From Octopus sinensis (Eukaryota), in assembly GCF_006345805.1 (NCBI RefSeq), contig NW_021826261.1:1-35696 (forward strand): DNA of 35,696 nucleotides, written 5' to 3'. Shown piece after piece: positions 1 to 11,729 of the stretch; the first letter of the stretch is position 1; each line of letters starts with the position of its first letter. A program made the position numbers and the translations under genes. Under the pieces are notes generated by a model, which ran no database searches, had not been told where the DNA came from, and saw only the letters and a list, made by a program, of their open reading frames with translations.

Positions 1-158
1 TAATATATATATATATATTATATATATATATATATATATGTGTGTAAACAGACTTAGAAGCGCTGAGTGAGTTGGAGTTCTACAGAAAGAGGGGGAAAAG
101 TGGTCAGGAAGCAACTAAAGATAAAGTCAAGTAATTGACCAGATCGCCTGGCACCAGG

Positions 159-250
159 TGGATCAATTAGTGAAAGGCCTTGTGATATGTATGCTGGATC
201 AATTAAGAAAGGGTTCTGTGATATGTACGTTGGATCAACTGGGGAAAGGG
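159..250. repeat. Degenerate 36-bp tandem repeat (about 2.5 copies)
   Basis: TGGATCAA recurs at 159, 195 and 231, and TGTGATATGTA occurs in the first two units. Confidence 0.75.
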
Positions 251-1460
251 AAAAAAAGGCTCCGCAATATGCAAATTCTGTCTGTATCCTGCTGTATGTA
301 TTGTAAAATATTCTTCTTATTGAATCATTTTGCAATGTCTTTTTGCATCTAGCATCTGAGTTAAACAGTTTGTCGTAAGTGATATAGTTTGGTGCTGATT
401 CTGTGATGATCTTCAATTAACCGCAGCGAAGGGTGGAACGGCAGATTCCTCCACTAAAAGAAAACAAAATAAAGAAAAAAACTCCTACAAAGTCGATTTG
501 AAAAAACCATGGCACCAAAATGAATTGAAGTGAAAGGCACTTAGCCAAGCGGTTGTTAGGGTGCCTGCACACGTAATCATTAAAGTTTGGTTTTCGATAC
601 CCAGACCTAGTGGATGTTGCATTCTTTGGCTTTTCCCGTTGTCCCCACTCACTCGATTCTGAATGGAAACCCTGCACACGATTGGGGATTCTATTCGAGG
701 GGAATATTATAATCTCGGTCACGTACACGCTATAAAACCCGGCTAAAAGCCTTAATTTGTCCTAGGGCTCAAGATTTAACTGTAGGCCCTCCTAAGCGTT
801 CAGCGCATTATGCAACAAAAAAGTTAGCCCATGGAATTGGGCACTTCGAGGTCCTAACATCATTTCGGCTTTCATTAGGGCCCGTTATAAGAGGCATTTG
901 TCCATCCCCTTGCTCCTCGTGCTGATAGTTCTTGTGGAATTTTCCTGCCGTTTCTTTAGGGATTCTCGATATTTTTACAAAGCCCGGTTGCTTATCTGAC
1001 GCATAAACCTCCTGCTTCTACATCCGGGCTTGGGACTGACATCAGAACAGCTGTAAGGCTAAACACAGAGGAAAAAATAGAAAACAAAAATTTAAAAATA
1101 AAAGAAAATTGCAATTAAACGGTGTCAGTCGTCTTAATTAACGTTGTTAGACAGAAATAAACTCGTAAAAAAGTACTAAAACAGAAGCAGAATAACACTT
1201 TATCCGGGTTTAAGATAAATGAAATTCCATTGACATTTTTACCTCATAAACACCCAGGAAGAATGATTTCACGACAATTGGAGACGGTATCAGAAATATT
1301 GCAGCCATTGGTAAAAGTATTCCTTTGATGTGACAGTCACTAAGTCCTAAATGATGTCAACACATTAAAATATCACATATCATTGCCGCGAAAATACATA
1401 AATACATAAATGCATACAAGCATACATATAAATGTTTATGAATGTTTATATACATGCATA

Positions 1461-1494
<34 letters not shown>

Positions 1495-1542
1495 TATATA
1501 TATATTATATATTATATATATATATATATATATATGTACGTT

Positions 1543-1725
1543 AGGCGATTTTTTCCTCCGTCTTCCCTTCTCTGGATCTTTCCTTTTCCTATGTTCTGAC
1601 GAAGAGCGCCGCTCGAAACGTAATCTCTCCTTCTTCCCTTCCTTCCTGAACGTCCAATAATACTATATTTGTTCACGTCCTCGCGTTGTTGTGTTTTCTC
1701 TTTGTGTTTTCATGTTTGGATTAAC

Positions 1726-1730
<5 letters not shown>
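1543..1730 (+). mobile_element. Penelope-like pseudo-LTR-type repeat with hammerhead motif, copy 1
   Basis: Close match to 14237-14425; embedded in (TA)n; contains CTGACGA-A-GAGC-GCC-GCTC-GAAACGTA. Confidence 0.65.
1591..1625 (+). ncRNA. Minimal type I hammerhead-like motif with degenerate stem I
   Basis: CUGACGA 1596-1602, extra A, stem II GAGC/GCUC, GAAA 1615-1618, palindromic ACGU, GUA. Stem I pairing is lost in this copy. Confidence 0.5.
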
Positions 1731-1759
<29 letters not shown>

Positions 1760-1853
1760 CTATATATATATATATAGATAATAATAGCATGTATATATAT
1801 ATATGTAGATATGTACACACAAACACACATATATATATATATATATGTATATA

Positions 1854-1900
<47 letters not shown>

Positions 1901-2459
1901 TGCATATATACATATACATGTATGCATAATGTGTTTTGTGTATGTTGTGAATCAAGTCTAATTGTGTTTGCCTGCATTACAGCCCTCTCTCTCCTCTCTC
2001 TGTATATATATATTAAAGGTGGCTAATTCGTAATTTACAACCGAAATAATGTATATATATATATACTTATAGGGAAAAATAAATTGAAAACCAGAAGTAA
2101 GGGAAAGCTTCTGAATATATATACATATATATATATACAAAATTAAGAGGACTGGCCACTAAAAATGGACAGCCTATATGCTAGATATAGACGTCAAAAT
2201 CGCCGTTTTCAACGAAGAATATGTTCTCAAGAAAAAAACCCAGCAAAAAAAAAAAATGTAAAAATAAGCAAGACAAATGAAAATATACGAAATAAAACAC
2301 GATTACCTATGTTAATATTTACGTATATGGATACGCAAACATCTGCAAGATCATCAGCATAGTCTGTCGTTTACAAAACACAATTTCTAGAACTAGATGC
2401 AGTACGCTCAACCGAAATTCAGCATGTATAAAGTTCTACAAATTATATTCATGTGTATG

Positions 2460-3167
2460 TGCAGTCTTCTTGCGCCTACAGAGTATCTCAACAGGCATGA
2501 TAGAGCTGCACAATATATTCACTGGGTAATTTGCAAAAACCTGGACTTGCCCCATGATAAAAACTGGTGGGAACACGAACCACCTCCAGTGCTTGAAAAT
2601 GATCACATCTCATTCCTCTGGAACTTCACCGTTCAAACTGACGGAAAGATATATGCAAATAGGCTAGACATCATATTGAAAGACTTCAAACAAAGAACAT
2701 GCCTCCTCATTGATATAACTGTTCCAATCGACATAAACATGTCTGTCAAGATCTACCAAAAGCTGAGCAAGTATAAAGATCTTGAAATAGAAATCAGCAA
2801 AATGTGGAACCTGAAGACTAAACCAATACCTGTTGTCATAAGTGCCCTAGGAATGATAGCAAAAGTGGCTGCTTGCTACCTAGCTCAGATACCATGAAAC
2901 CCCAAAATAGAAGAAATTCAAAAAATAGTGCTCATGGGAACTGCCCATATCCTACGCAAAATACTTTCTGTGAAATCTCAAAGTTTAAAACAGACTCATA
3001 ATTTTCTTATGGTTTCTTAAAAATTCTCTAGAACAACACTATGTTCAAAACCAAATATATGGCACCCTAGGCATGACATCAACATGAACTTCTAACCTGT
3101 TGTCTCTTGAGGTCTCTGGATGAGACTTGTAGCCAACTTGTACAAATACAAAGCAAAAGTCAAACAT
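2460..3167 (+). mobile_element. 5'-truncated R4/Dong-like non-LTR retrotransposon (REL endonuclease plus 3' UTR), pseudogenised
   Basis: EYLNRHD...ILWN-like...NR(L)DI...CLLIDITVP...KLSKYKDL...GTAHILRK motifs; premature TGA at 2895-2897; ends in TAA/CAA repeats; near-identical to the reverse complement of 4740-5450. Confidence 0.9.
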
Positions 3168-3299
3168 ATAATAATACTAACAGTAACAACAACAACAACA
3201 ACAACAACAATAATAATAATAAGACACTTTGTCTAATAATAAAGCATTTTGTTGCAAGTCAGTTTATCTGACGATAGAGCATCGAACAAAATGTTTTCC

Positions 3300-4125
3300 G
3301 ACTCTTCATGGTATTGGTAAAAGTCTGAGTTACTTCTGGTTCTTTACGTCCTCAATTTTAATCCCATTTTTACTGTTGGAAAGTTTGCGTATTGCTTGAG
3401 GATCTACACCAGGTAATGGTGTGGAAAGAATGTCTGTTTTTAGACACTTTTAACTCTTTACATATTTTGGCAAACAGCCATTAGTAATATTTACACGTGC
3501 AGCAAGATAGCCGCGTCATAAGTAGCTGGGAGCTGTGCCTGCAACAATGGTGGTGTCAGAGGCTTTCATAACGTTAACGGATATGCCTCTCAAATTATTT
3601 TTAAACGAAAGGAAAGAAGTGTAATAAAAAATACAATGGATTTGTACTGAAAACATAATTTAGACAGGAAAGCATTACAGACAACAATTAAATCACTACC
3701 GCAGCATTTAATCATTTATAAGTGTTGTTGGCTAAAAAGAACGACTCAACGTGAGCCAGTCTAGGAATGGATGAACTATGCCGCAAAAGACAATGACTCT
3801 TTGCTCAACGAATTAATCTAGAAAAGAACGGGAAGAAATGCTGTACTCCGTTATTTAAAAACAATATTGGAATAACGCTTCCAAATAACTGCGAAAGAAG
3901 GGTTGAAGGAGATGATGCCATTGCGTATTGAAGCCTGTGCCTAGATTTTAAGAGTGAGGACGAAATAAGGAGATATCTAGAGCTAGTGTTTTACAAGCTT
4001 GTTCACAGGTTAGGGCTGTGATACATGGATCTCGTTTCAGAAACACTAGAATCACGTCCGAGAGATAAAAGACTGAAGCCGACTGTTGGCTTGTATTTCA
4101 TAATTAAATGGGATTAAGAATTGTG
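3300..4125 (-). mobile_element. Highly decayed Penelope-like element (RT thumb, possibly to GIY-YIG)
   Basis: Broken minus-strand frames give IPFNYEIQANSRL...LDV (compare IxFTxExExxxxLxFLDV), LFLNNG (compare FxxNGYP) and YLAARV (compare TxRxLxxRxxEH). Confidence 0.45.
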
Positions 4126-4126
4126 T

Positions 4127-4565
4127 AACAGAGAAGAGTGGTTGGGTGGAGGCGCAGGAGTAACTGTGTGGAGGCGTAAGAGTGGCTGTGTGGGGGTGCA
4201 GAAGTGGCTGTGTGGAGGTGCAGGAATTGCTGTGTGGAAGCGCAGAAGTGGCTATGTATAGGCGCAAGAATGGCTGTGTGGGCAAGCAGGAATGGCTGTG
4301 TAGAGGGTCAGAAGTGGCTGTGTGGAGGCGCAGGAGTGAATGTGTAGAGGGGAAGGAATGGCTGTGTGGAGGCGCAGATGCAGACGTGTGGAGACGAAAG
4401 AGTGGCTGTGTGGGGCCGCAGGGGTGGCTGTGTAGAGGCGTAGGAGTGGCTGTGTGTAGGAACAGAAGTGGCTGTGTAGAGGCGCAGGAATAGCTGTGTG
4501 GAGGCGCAGGAGTGTCTGTATGGAGTATCTGGAGTGGCTGTGTGGCAAGAAGCTTCCTTTCCAAC
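4127..4565 (+). repeat. 22-bp minisatellite (about 19 units, GAGGCGCAGGAGTGGCTGTGTG) derived from the 5' end of SINE family A
   Basis: TGGCTGTG recurs at 4183, 4205 and onward with a 22-bp period. The unit matches the SINE head at 20030 and runs on into SINE sequence GGCAAGAAGCTTCCTTTCCAAC. Confidence 0.85.
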
Positions 4566-4651
4566 TACCAAGACAAAACAATGTACATGTTAGCACATCC
4601 AGTCAGTTAAGATCAGAAGTCACAAGAGCCACTGCCTGGTACTGCATCAGG
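4566..4651. mobile_element. Fragment of the non-coding repeat found at 6180-6727
   Basis: TACCAAGACAAAACAATGTACATG...GGTACTGCATCAG matches 6635-6720. Confidence 0.75.
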
Positions 4652-4739
4652 TTTGCTGTCTGCCCCTGCAGTACTATGCTATCGGTTCTTTTCAGTTACC
4701 TAATACTTTCCAGATTATTCTGATTATTATTATTATTCT

Positions 4740-6110
4740 ATGTTTGACTTTTGCTTTACATTTGTACAAGTTGGCTCCTAGTCTCACCCAGAGACCTCAA
4801 GAGACGACAAGTTGGAAGTTCATGTTGGTGTTATGCCTAGTGTGCCATATATTTGGATTTGTACTTACTGTTGTACTAGGGAATGCCTAAAAAACCATAC
4901 GAAAATTATGCTTGTTTTAAAACTTTGAGATTACATAGAAATTATTTTGCGTAGGATATGAGCAGTTCCCATGAGCACTATCTTTTGAATTTCTGCCATT
5001 TTTGGGTTCCCTGGTATCTGAGCTAGGTAGCAATCAGCCCCTTTTGCTATCATTCCCAGGGCACCTATGACAACAGGTACTGTTTTAGTCTTCAGGTTCC
5101 ACATTTTGCTGATTTCTATTTCAAGATCTTTATACTTGCTCAGTTTTTGGTAGATCTTGACAGATACGTTTATATCGATTGGGACAGTCATATCAATGAG
5201 GAGGTATGATTTTTGTTTGAAGTCTTTCAATATGATGTCTGGCCTATTTGCATCTATCTTTCTGTCAGTTTGAATGGGGAAGTTTCAGAGGAGTGAGATG
5301 GGATCATTTTCAAGCACTGGAGGTGGATTGTGTTCCCATCAGTTTTTTTTTCCATGGGGCAAGTCCAGGTTTTTGCAGATTACCCAGTGAATATATTGTG
5401 CAGCTCTATCATGCCTATTGAGATACTCTGTAGGCGCAAGAAGACAGCACTTGGAGACAACATGATCAATGGTTTCATTTTGTTGTTGACATACACTACA
5501 TGTTGGGCTACTGCCGTTCTTTAATATGTTGGCCTGGTAGTTCCTTGTTGGTAGGCATTGATCTTGAGCTGCTATGATAAACCCTTCTGTTTCAGATTTT
5601 AAGCCAGAGGCCATTAACCATTGATGGGTCAGGGCTTTGTCAACATCTGCATTATTCGCTCTCTTTGGGTATTTACCATTGAGAGGTTTTTCTTGCCATT
5701 TATCATTCAGAATATCTCAGGCAGCAGTTTTAGCACGGGTTTTCATGCGCTTAGCTTTTTCTGTGCTTGTTTCTTGTATGTCTAATTCCGAAATTTGTTG
5801 TATTCGGAATTCACTTAGATATTCCTTTGCCTGTTTTGTGACTGAGTATGATGCTTTCTTGTTTTCATGTTTTGAGACAAGTTTTAACATCCAGTCCTCA
5901 GAGTTTTTCAGGTAGGTGTCTAGGCCAATTGTAGCAATCTTCATTGTTATTGCCAGTTGTAAAAGTCCACGGCCTCCCTCTTTTTTTTTTTTTTTGGCAG
6001 ATAAAGTCGTTCTGTATCTGCCTTAGGGTGGTGCATTCTATGCATTGTCAACAGTTTTCGTATTTTTCTGTCAGGATTACATATTTCAGTAATTGACCAG
6101 GTAACGATAT
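4740..6110 (-). mobile_element. 5'-truncated R4/Dong-like LINE (RT C-terminal region, CCHC knuckle, REL endonuclease, 3' UTR)
   Basis: MHHPKADTERLYL...GGRGL, LKSETEGFIIAAQDQ, CxxC...H...C, RHD, NRPDI, IDMTVP, KYKDL; frameshifts and stops; flanked by (TAA)n on both sides. Confidence 0.92.
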
Positions 6111-6148
6111 TATTATTATTATTATTATTATTATTATCATTATTATTA

Positions 6149-6179
<31 letters not shown>

Positions 6180-6727
6180 GAATGAAAGAGCAGAGCATGT
6201 CATCAAAGTGACAATGGGCTAAAATATACGAAACCCAGTATACCCATCGTAACTACCCGTCTGATAAGGGTATACCAGGCACATGCATCACAACCATATG
6301 TACGCGAGATGGTGATCAAGATAAACAGCACATGACCTTGTAGGTGGGGTCCAGTTAGAATTTTCTTCTGGTCGAGTAACCCATCCGCTTAAAAAGGTCC
6401 CTGAAGAAGGGTTGTTTAAGGATGTTGAACGAAACACCCATGTTTCCAGAGGTGAATTATTCAAACCCCAAAGAATCCTTCTCAACAAATAGCTATGATG
6501 CTTCCCATTACTGCTCATGATCAGAGATGCACATATCGTCACCACTAAGGGACATACTCAACTGGTTACGGTCAAACAACTGACAAGCAAATCTGAGGGT
6601 ATTGAGCTGAATATTTGCTGTAACCCATCTTTTATACCAAGACAAAACAATGTACATGATAACACTTCCAATCAATTAAGATCAGAAGCCACGAGAACCA
6701 CTGTCTGGTACTGCATCAGAGCATTTA
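6180..6727. mobile_element. Non-coding interspersed repeat embedded in (TAA)n, possibly a non-autonomous partner of Dong/R4
   Basis: About 550 bp of complex sequence bounded by TTA repeats between two REL LINEs; a partial second copy lies at 4566-4651. Confidence 0.55.
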
Positions 6728-6738
6728 TCATTATCATT

Positions 6739-7434
6739 CAGTAGTTTTATTTTTATAACGTGCTTTCACTTCACTACCGAGCGCAGCTCTGTGTGCCTTG
6801 GGTATGTGCTGTGATTTGTTGTGATGCTTTAATGGTTACTGTATTGAAAGTGTTCTGCGTAGGATGTGTGCAGTGCCTAATAGTGCAATTTTCTGTTTGT
6901 TATATATGTTTGTAAGTCCTGGTGTTTTTGTTATGTATTTATCTGAATATTTTTTATCATGCCTAATGCACCTACTATGATAGGAATTGTTTCTGTTTTT
7001 AGATTCCACATTCTGGTTACCTCCATTTCCAGGTCTTTGTATTTTGGAAGTTTCTCCATTTCTTTTAGAGACACGTTGTCATCTGATGGTATTGATACAT
7101 CAATTAGAAAGCATTTTTAAAATTCATGATCTCTGACAACTATATCTAGTCTGTTGGCCTTAATTTCTCTATCTGTGTGTATTGGCATATCCCAGAGTAT
7201 GGTTGCTTTCTCGTTGTCTGTGACCTTTTCTGGTGTGTGCCTATACCATCTTTTTTCTGTTGTTATTCCATAATGTTGGCATAGCTTCCAGTGTATGTAG
7301 GTCCCAACTCTGTCGTGTCTGTGAATATATTCCTTCGTAGCCAGGACTGGGCAGCCAGAGATAATGATTTATTGTTTCTTGTCCATCTCCACATATTTTG
7401 CAGTTACTTGTTATATTTCTTTTCATTACATGTT
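6739..7434 (-). mobile_element. Second R4/Dong-like family, 3' fragment (CCHC plus REL)
   Basis: CKICGDGQETINH...C, RHDRVGTYIHW, ILWD, NR(L)DI, FLIDVSIP, KYKDLE, LGTAHILRR; frameshift and stop; flanked by TTA repeats. Confidence 0.9.
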
Positions 7435-7580
7435 TATTATTATTATTATTATTATTATTATATTATATTATTATATTGTTGTTGTGTTGTTGTTGTTGTG
7501 TTGTTGTTGTTGTGTGTTGTTGTTGTTATTATTATATTATTATTATTATTATTATTTATTATTATTATTATTATTACATG
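7433..7580. repeat. (TTA)n/(TTG)n compound microsatellite
   Basis: Direct sequence. Confidence 0.95.
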
Positions 7581-7766
7581 CTGTATTAATTGATAGTTAA
7601 TAGAGAAAGTCTAAGGCTATTATTTTACACTGGCGTATGAAAGTATATGAAGCTCTTATATGAAGCTGAATGTCGCCTTTTTGAATCCAATCAAACAGCG
7701 GGGGAGCAGCGAAAGTAGGTAAAACAAAAATAAAAACACAAAGCACTACAAGAACTACTACTACTA

Positions 7767-7805
<39 letters not shown>

Positions 7806-8199
7806 AAAATGTACCACGAGTGGCTGTCAGCTGTTGTCCATAAACACTATCCTTGTCAGTTGTCGATTGGTGCTTTTGGAAGACAACAATAGCGAAGAAG
7901 AGCGGCGAATGTATTATATTTTCATCAAACGAAACATCTTCCAGGTCGAAAACATTAGAATAAAACGATTTAGCTCCTGACACCATAGCTCATCCTTCTC
8001 CATCCCACCACTACCACCAACACCACTACCACTACCACTATTAGCAGTATCGTTACCACTATCACCACCACAACCACCTTAACTCACCCCCCCCCCCCTA
8101 CCTTCGCTCCTTAACCTAAACCGAATCCCAGCTCAGCAACCAAACCAGCCCCATCTCCATGAACATAGATGACAGACACACACCCGACCAACAATTCTA

Positions 8200-8244
8200 T
8201 GTCGTCGTTGTCGACCTCCTCCTCCTCACCATCATCACCACCAC

Positions 8245-8296
<52 letters not shown>

Positions 8297-8353
8297 GTCA
8301 TCGTCGTCATCATCATCATCATCATCATCATCATCACCATCACCATCATCATC
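8200..8353. repeat. (CAT)n trinucleotide microsatellite
   Basis: Direct sequence; source of the poly-S, poly-D and poly-I ORFs. Confidence 0.95.
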
Positions 8354-8452
8354 AACAGAAGTAGCAACGCTAATAAACGATGTCAAAAAATAATTCTACA
8401 CCAACATAGCCATTATATGCAATTATGTGTGACGATCATTATATATATATAT

Positions 8453-8547
<95 letters not shown>

Positions 8548-8800
8548 CGTTCATATATATGTGCGCATATTCCTTTATAAATATATGCTTGTATATATAT
8601 ATATATATGTGTGTAATGTGTGTGTGTGTGTATGTACACATATACTTATGTATATATACATGGTTTATGCATGTGTATGTGTGTGTGTGTGTGTGTGTGT
8701 GTTTATTCGGCTGTAAATTTACGTCAGTGACACTTCTACGATAATTATGAAGAATGCATTACACGAAACTCTTTATGCGTCTAATATATACAGAAAGCAT

Positions 8801-9086
8801 AAGCCTAGTACTTATTCTATCGGTCTCTTTTGCCGAACCGCTAAGTTACGGGGACGTAAACACACCAGCATCGGTTTTCAAGCGATGTTGGGGAGACAAA
8901 CACTGGCACACAAACACACACATATATATACATATATACGACGGGCTTCTTTCAGTTTCCGTCAACCAAATCCACTCACAAGGCTTTGGTCGGACCGAGG
9001 CTATAGTAGAAGACACTTTCCCAAGATGCTACGCAGTGGGACTGAACTCAGAACCATGTGGCTGGTAAGCAAGCTACTTACCACAC
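8801..9086 (-). mobile_element. tRNA-derived SINE family A (internal microsatellite), truncated
   Basis: Matches the copies at 20030, 23305 and 29544; B-box-like GAGTTCAGTCCC on the minus strand. Confidence 0.85.
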
Positions 9087-9249
9087 TAAGTGTTCATAAA
9101 AAAGGTTGGTACCTGGAAATTCCTTAGCATATCGATAAATGTGTCAATAAAATGTTAGCAATTCCGATCTTTTGTTCAAAATTATAAAAGAACACATTAT
9201 AATTTCCTGGCGGACAAAGTTCAATTGTAATTGTTGTGGAAGTATTTTT

Positions 9250-9830
9250 TAAAATTGCTAAGACTGTCAGCGTTTAAATTCCAGATATATTTGGACGAAG
9301 CCTTGAGATGCACATAGGCATCTTTGTAAATCTATGCATCACGATATAATAAAATTCTAGCAGCCTTTAACAAAACCTCTCCTTGAAAAAAACCTTTAAA
9401 ATTTTATTCCAGTTACCGATTCTGATGGTGCACGTGCTAGGATATCTTTACTGGCAAATACAGTCCCTGTAGTAACTTGATGAGAAATTTCGAGAATTAT
9501 CGTAAAAGAGCAACGGCTTCCAAGCATGCATAGTAATATTAATATCAGAAACATTAACATAAATTCCAACCCTGCCCGCAAAATGTTAAGAAGCTCAGTT
9601 AAAAGTATTTGTGGGCGCATATTCAGCTCATACTTCAACAAGGAAACCTTTAATCATGCTGCTTATTATTATTATGACGTATTTCATGGAAAAGACTTCA
9701 AAGATAGAATGTATTAATTACTAATACTAAAAAACACAAAAATAAGAAGCGAAATATTATATGGTGCAATCCGCCATAAAGTTTAAATGTTCTTCCCGAT
9801 GTTGGCAGGATTTAAACATTTTATAAGTGA
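9250..9830 (+). mobile_element. Decayed Penelope-like element (Neptune-type RT C-terminal region)
   Basis: NININSNP...SICGRI...NKETFNHAAYYY and KRNIIWCNPP*SLNV...VG resemble YINxxSNHPP...SIxxRIS...FxxAxxxY and RxIIWFNPPYSxNV. Confidence 0.7.
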
Positions 9831-9879
9831 AATAAATATCAGAGATGCTTTGTCCCATACAGAAACTGCAGGAACCACT

Positions 9880-10210
9880 CAGGTTTTGCAATCTCTTCTA
9901 AACCCATTGCAATGATGGAAACCCTTCAGTATAGTCAGCAGGTACTTCAGGGTAACAAATGACTCACCCCTTAGCCTGTACACTTCGCCTGAGAGTGGCA
10001 GCCAGGAAGGGTTCCAGTTGTGATCACTTATCAACCATAGCCATCTTGAGCAAGTTTCAACTGCCACGCCTATTTCCGTGATGGCTTTCTTAAGTTGTCT
10101 TGGTTCCAGACCAATCTTCTTCAGGAAATACTGCAATGATCTAGATGGAAAGCCACAGCAGCTGACTTTAATGGAGGAATGAAGCCACATGCTTGTCCTT
10201 GAGAAGGACC
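9880..10210 (-). mobile_element. 3' fragment of a Hero/NeSL-like REL non-LTR element
   Basis: KVSCCGFPSRSL...IG...AVETCSRWLWL resembles the EVGCRGF...AAExxSxWLW C-terminus. Confidence 0.7.
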
Positions 10211-10564
10211 TCGACTAAGTCCTGATATTTTAATTTCTTTACCTGGTGGGAAATATCGAATCTGTCCTCCCCGGAGAGCATGAGTATGTCGAAGTGATGT
10301 TACCACTACCTCCTCTGTGAGATCAAAGATATTACATAGATATTAGATCATTAATAAAAACAACGTTATCGTGAGCAGATTAAAGACGTGCGTTAGAGAG
10401 TTTACTCTGCGTTGGGGCTCAAATCTTTGCCGATGAGTCAAAAATGGGGCTGCACACTCGGATGCTTGTATATAGGGGCAACAGCTTTCCTTATATAAGA
10501 GCAGTCCTTCAGCGTCGATTACATTTTGGCTTTCTAGAGGATTAACGAGAACATACATAAACGC

Positions 10565-10720
<156 letters not shown>

Positions 10721-11729
10721 GTGAAAATGTATAGTAAAATGTATACGACGTAACGTATACTGAAAGTAAAACCGGACGGGAGACAAACAAAGAAGGCCCC
10801 TAATTCTTCATCAGTTATCAACCAAGTGGTAATACTCAGTTTCGCATCTTTAAGGATAAGACTGAGAGCTTTGCGATTGGCGGCGCCACCAAAAAAAAAT
10901 TCTTTTTCTGGAGAATTCAGGGTCGAGAGCAAACAAAACAAAGCAAATTGACAGTGTGTGCTTTAGGGCAGTGGACAAGGACGAACAGTCGAGCAAAATA
11001 TGGTCTTAGGGCCAAGAAGACGAGAAGAGTGGGTAATGCTTAGAAAATATCCTAAAAGACGGAGAGACAGAGAATTTTCGATTGGTCAGCTCGGGACCAG
11101 TGTAAGAAAGGAAAAGAAAGGGAAGCTGGCCGCGGGTCACGTGACAGCAGCAAGTAGAGGAGAAAGAGAGCAAGAGAGAGGAAAAAGGGAGGCAGGTTTT
11201 AGTGTGTGTATGTGTGTGTGTGTATATATATATATATATAATATATATATACACACATATATACATTTATATGTATATATATATACATATACTTGCGTGC
11301 GTGTGTGTGTATGTATATATACATATATAGATGAATACACACACGTACATGCATAGATATATGTATGCATGTATGTGTAGGTATGTATATATATATATGT
11401 ATGTATGTATACATACAGCCACACGCGCCCCCACACACATATCGTTACACATTGTCATTTTGTGTGAGCGTGTGTATTTGTATGTGTGTGTGTGGGGGTG
11501 GGGGCGCAACTTGGTATTTGGTTTTGGCTTGTAGTATTTTCGTGAAGGTTACTTTATCTATAAGAGTGCAATCTTCTAAATATACATTACATTCACTGAC
11601 AGTCATATTCCAAACCTGTCATAAGAACAAAAAACCGCCACAATTTCTATTCATGACAGGTGGGGTGGGGCGAGGTGGGGGAGATAGCTGCCCCCCAGCA
11701 CTCGACTGGTAATAATTTTCGGTTGAATA

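Noticed and set aside
1442-2140. YI-repeat ORFs here and throughout (also CV and HT repeats)
   Set aside because: Translations of (TA)n and (CA)n tracts, which lack stop codons.
2307-2362. Minus-strand CUGAUGA flanked by a CUAUG/CAUAG stem, a possible hammerhead
   Set aside because: No GAAA, no clean stem II and no UH at the right position; at most a dead remnant.
2397-2897. 166-aa ORF as a functional nuclease gene
   Set aside because: The N-terminus is flanking DNA; it is a truncated LINE with PD changed to LD and a premature stop.
4052-4596. Mucin-like or His/Thr-rich ORFs, or a CRISPR-like array
   Set aside because: A 22-bp tandem unit (not a multiple of 3) with no spacers, derived from a SINE head.
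6401-6450. CUGAAGA...GAAAC as a hammerhead
   Set aside because: Stems I-III cannot be formed convincingly.
7140-7160. The same PD-to-LD change in two different REL families
   Set aside because: A single C-to-T transition in each; the sister copy near 5240 retains PD, so this is likely coincidence.
8111-8393. Poly-Asp or poly-Ser protein
   Set aside because: A (CAT)n microsatellite with no domain or splice support.
10480-10525. Minus-strand CUGAAGGA...GAAAGCUGUU as a hammerhead
   Set aside because: The core is non-canonical and there is no stem I; possibly a decayed PLE repeat.
10790-10925. Minus-strand CUGAUGAAG and the near-palindrome TTGGCGGCGCCACCAA as ribozyme parts
   Set aside because: The motifs are not in a hammerhead arrangement; probably an unclassified repeat.
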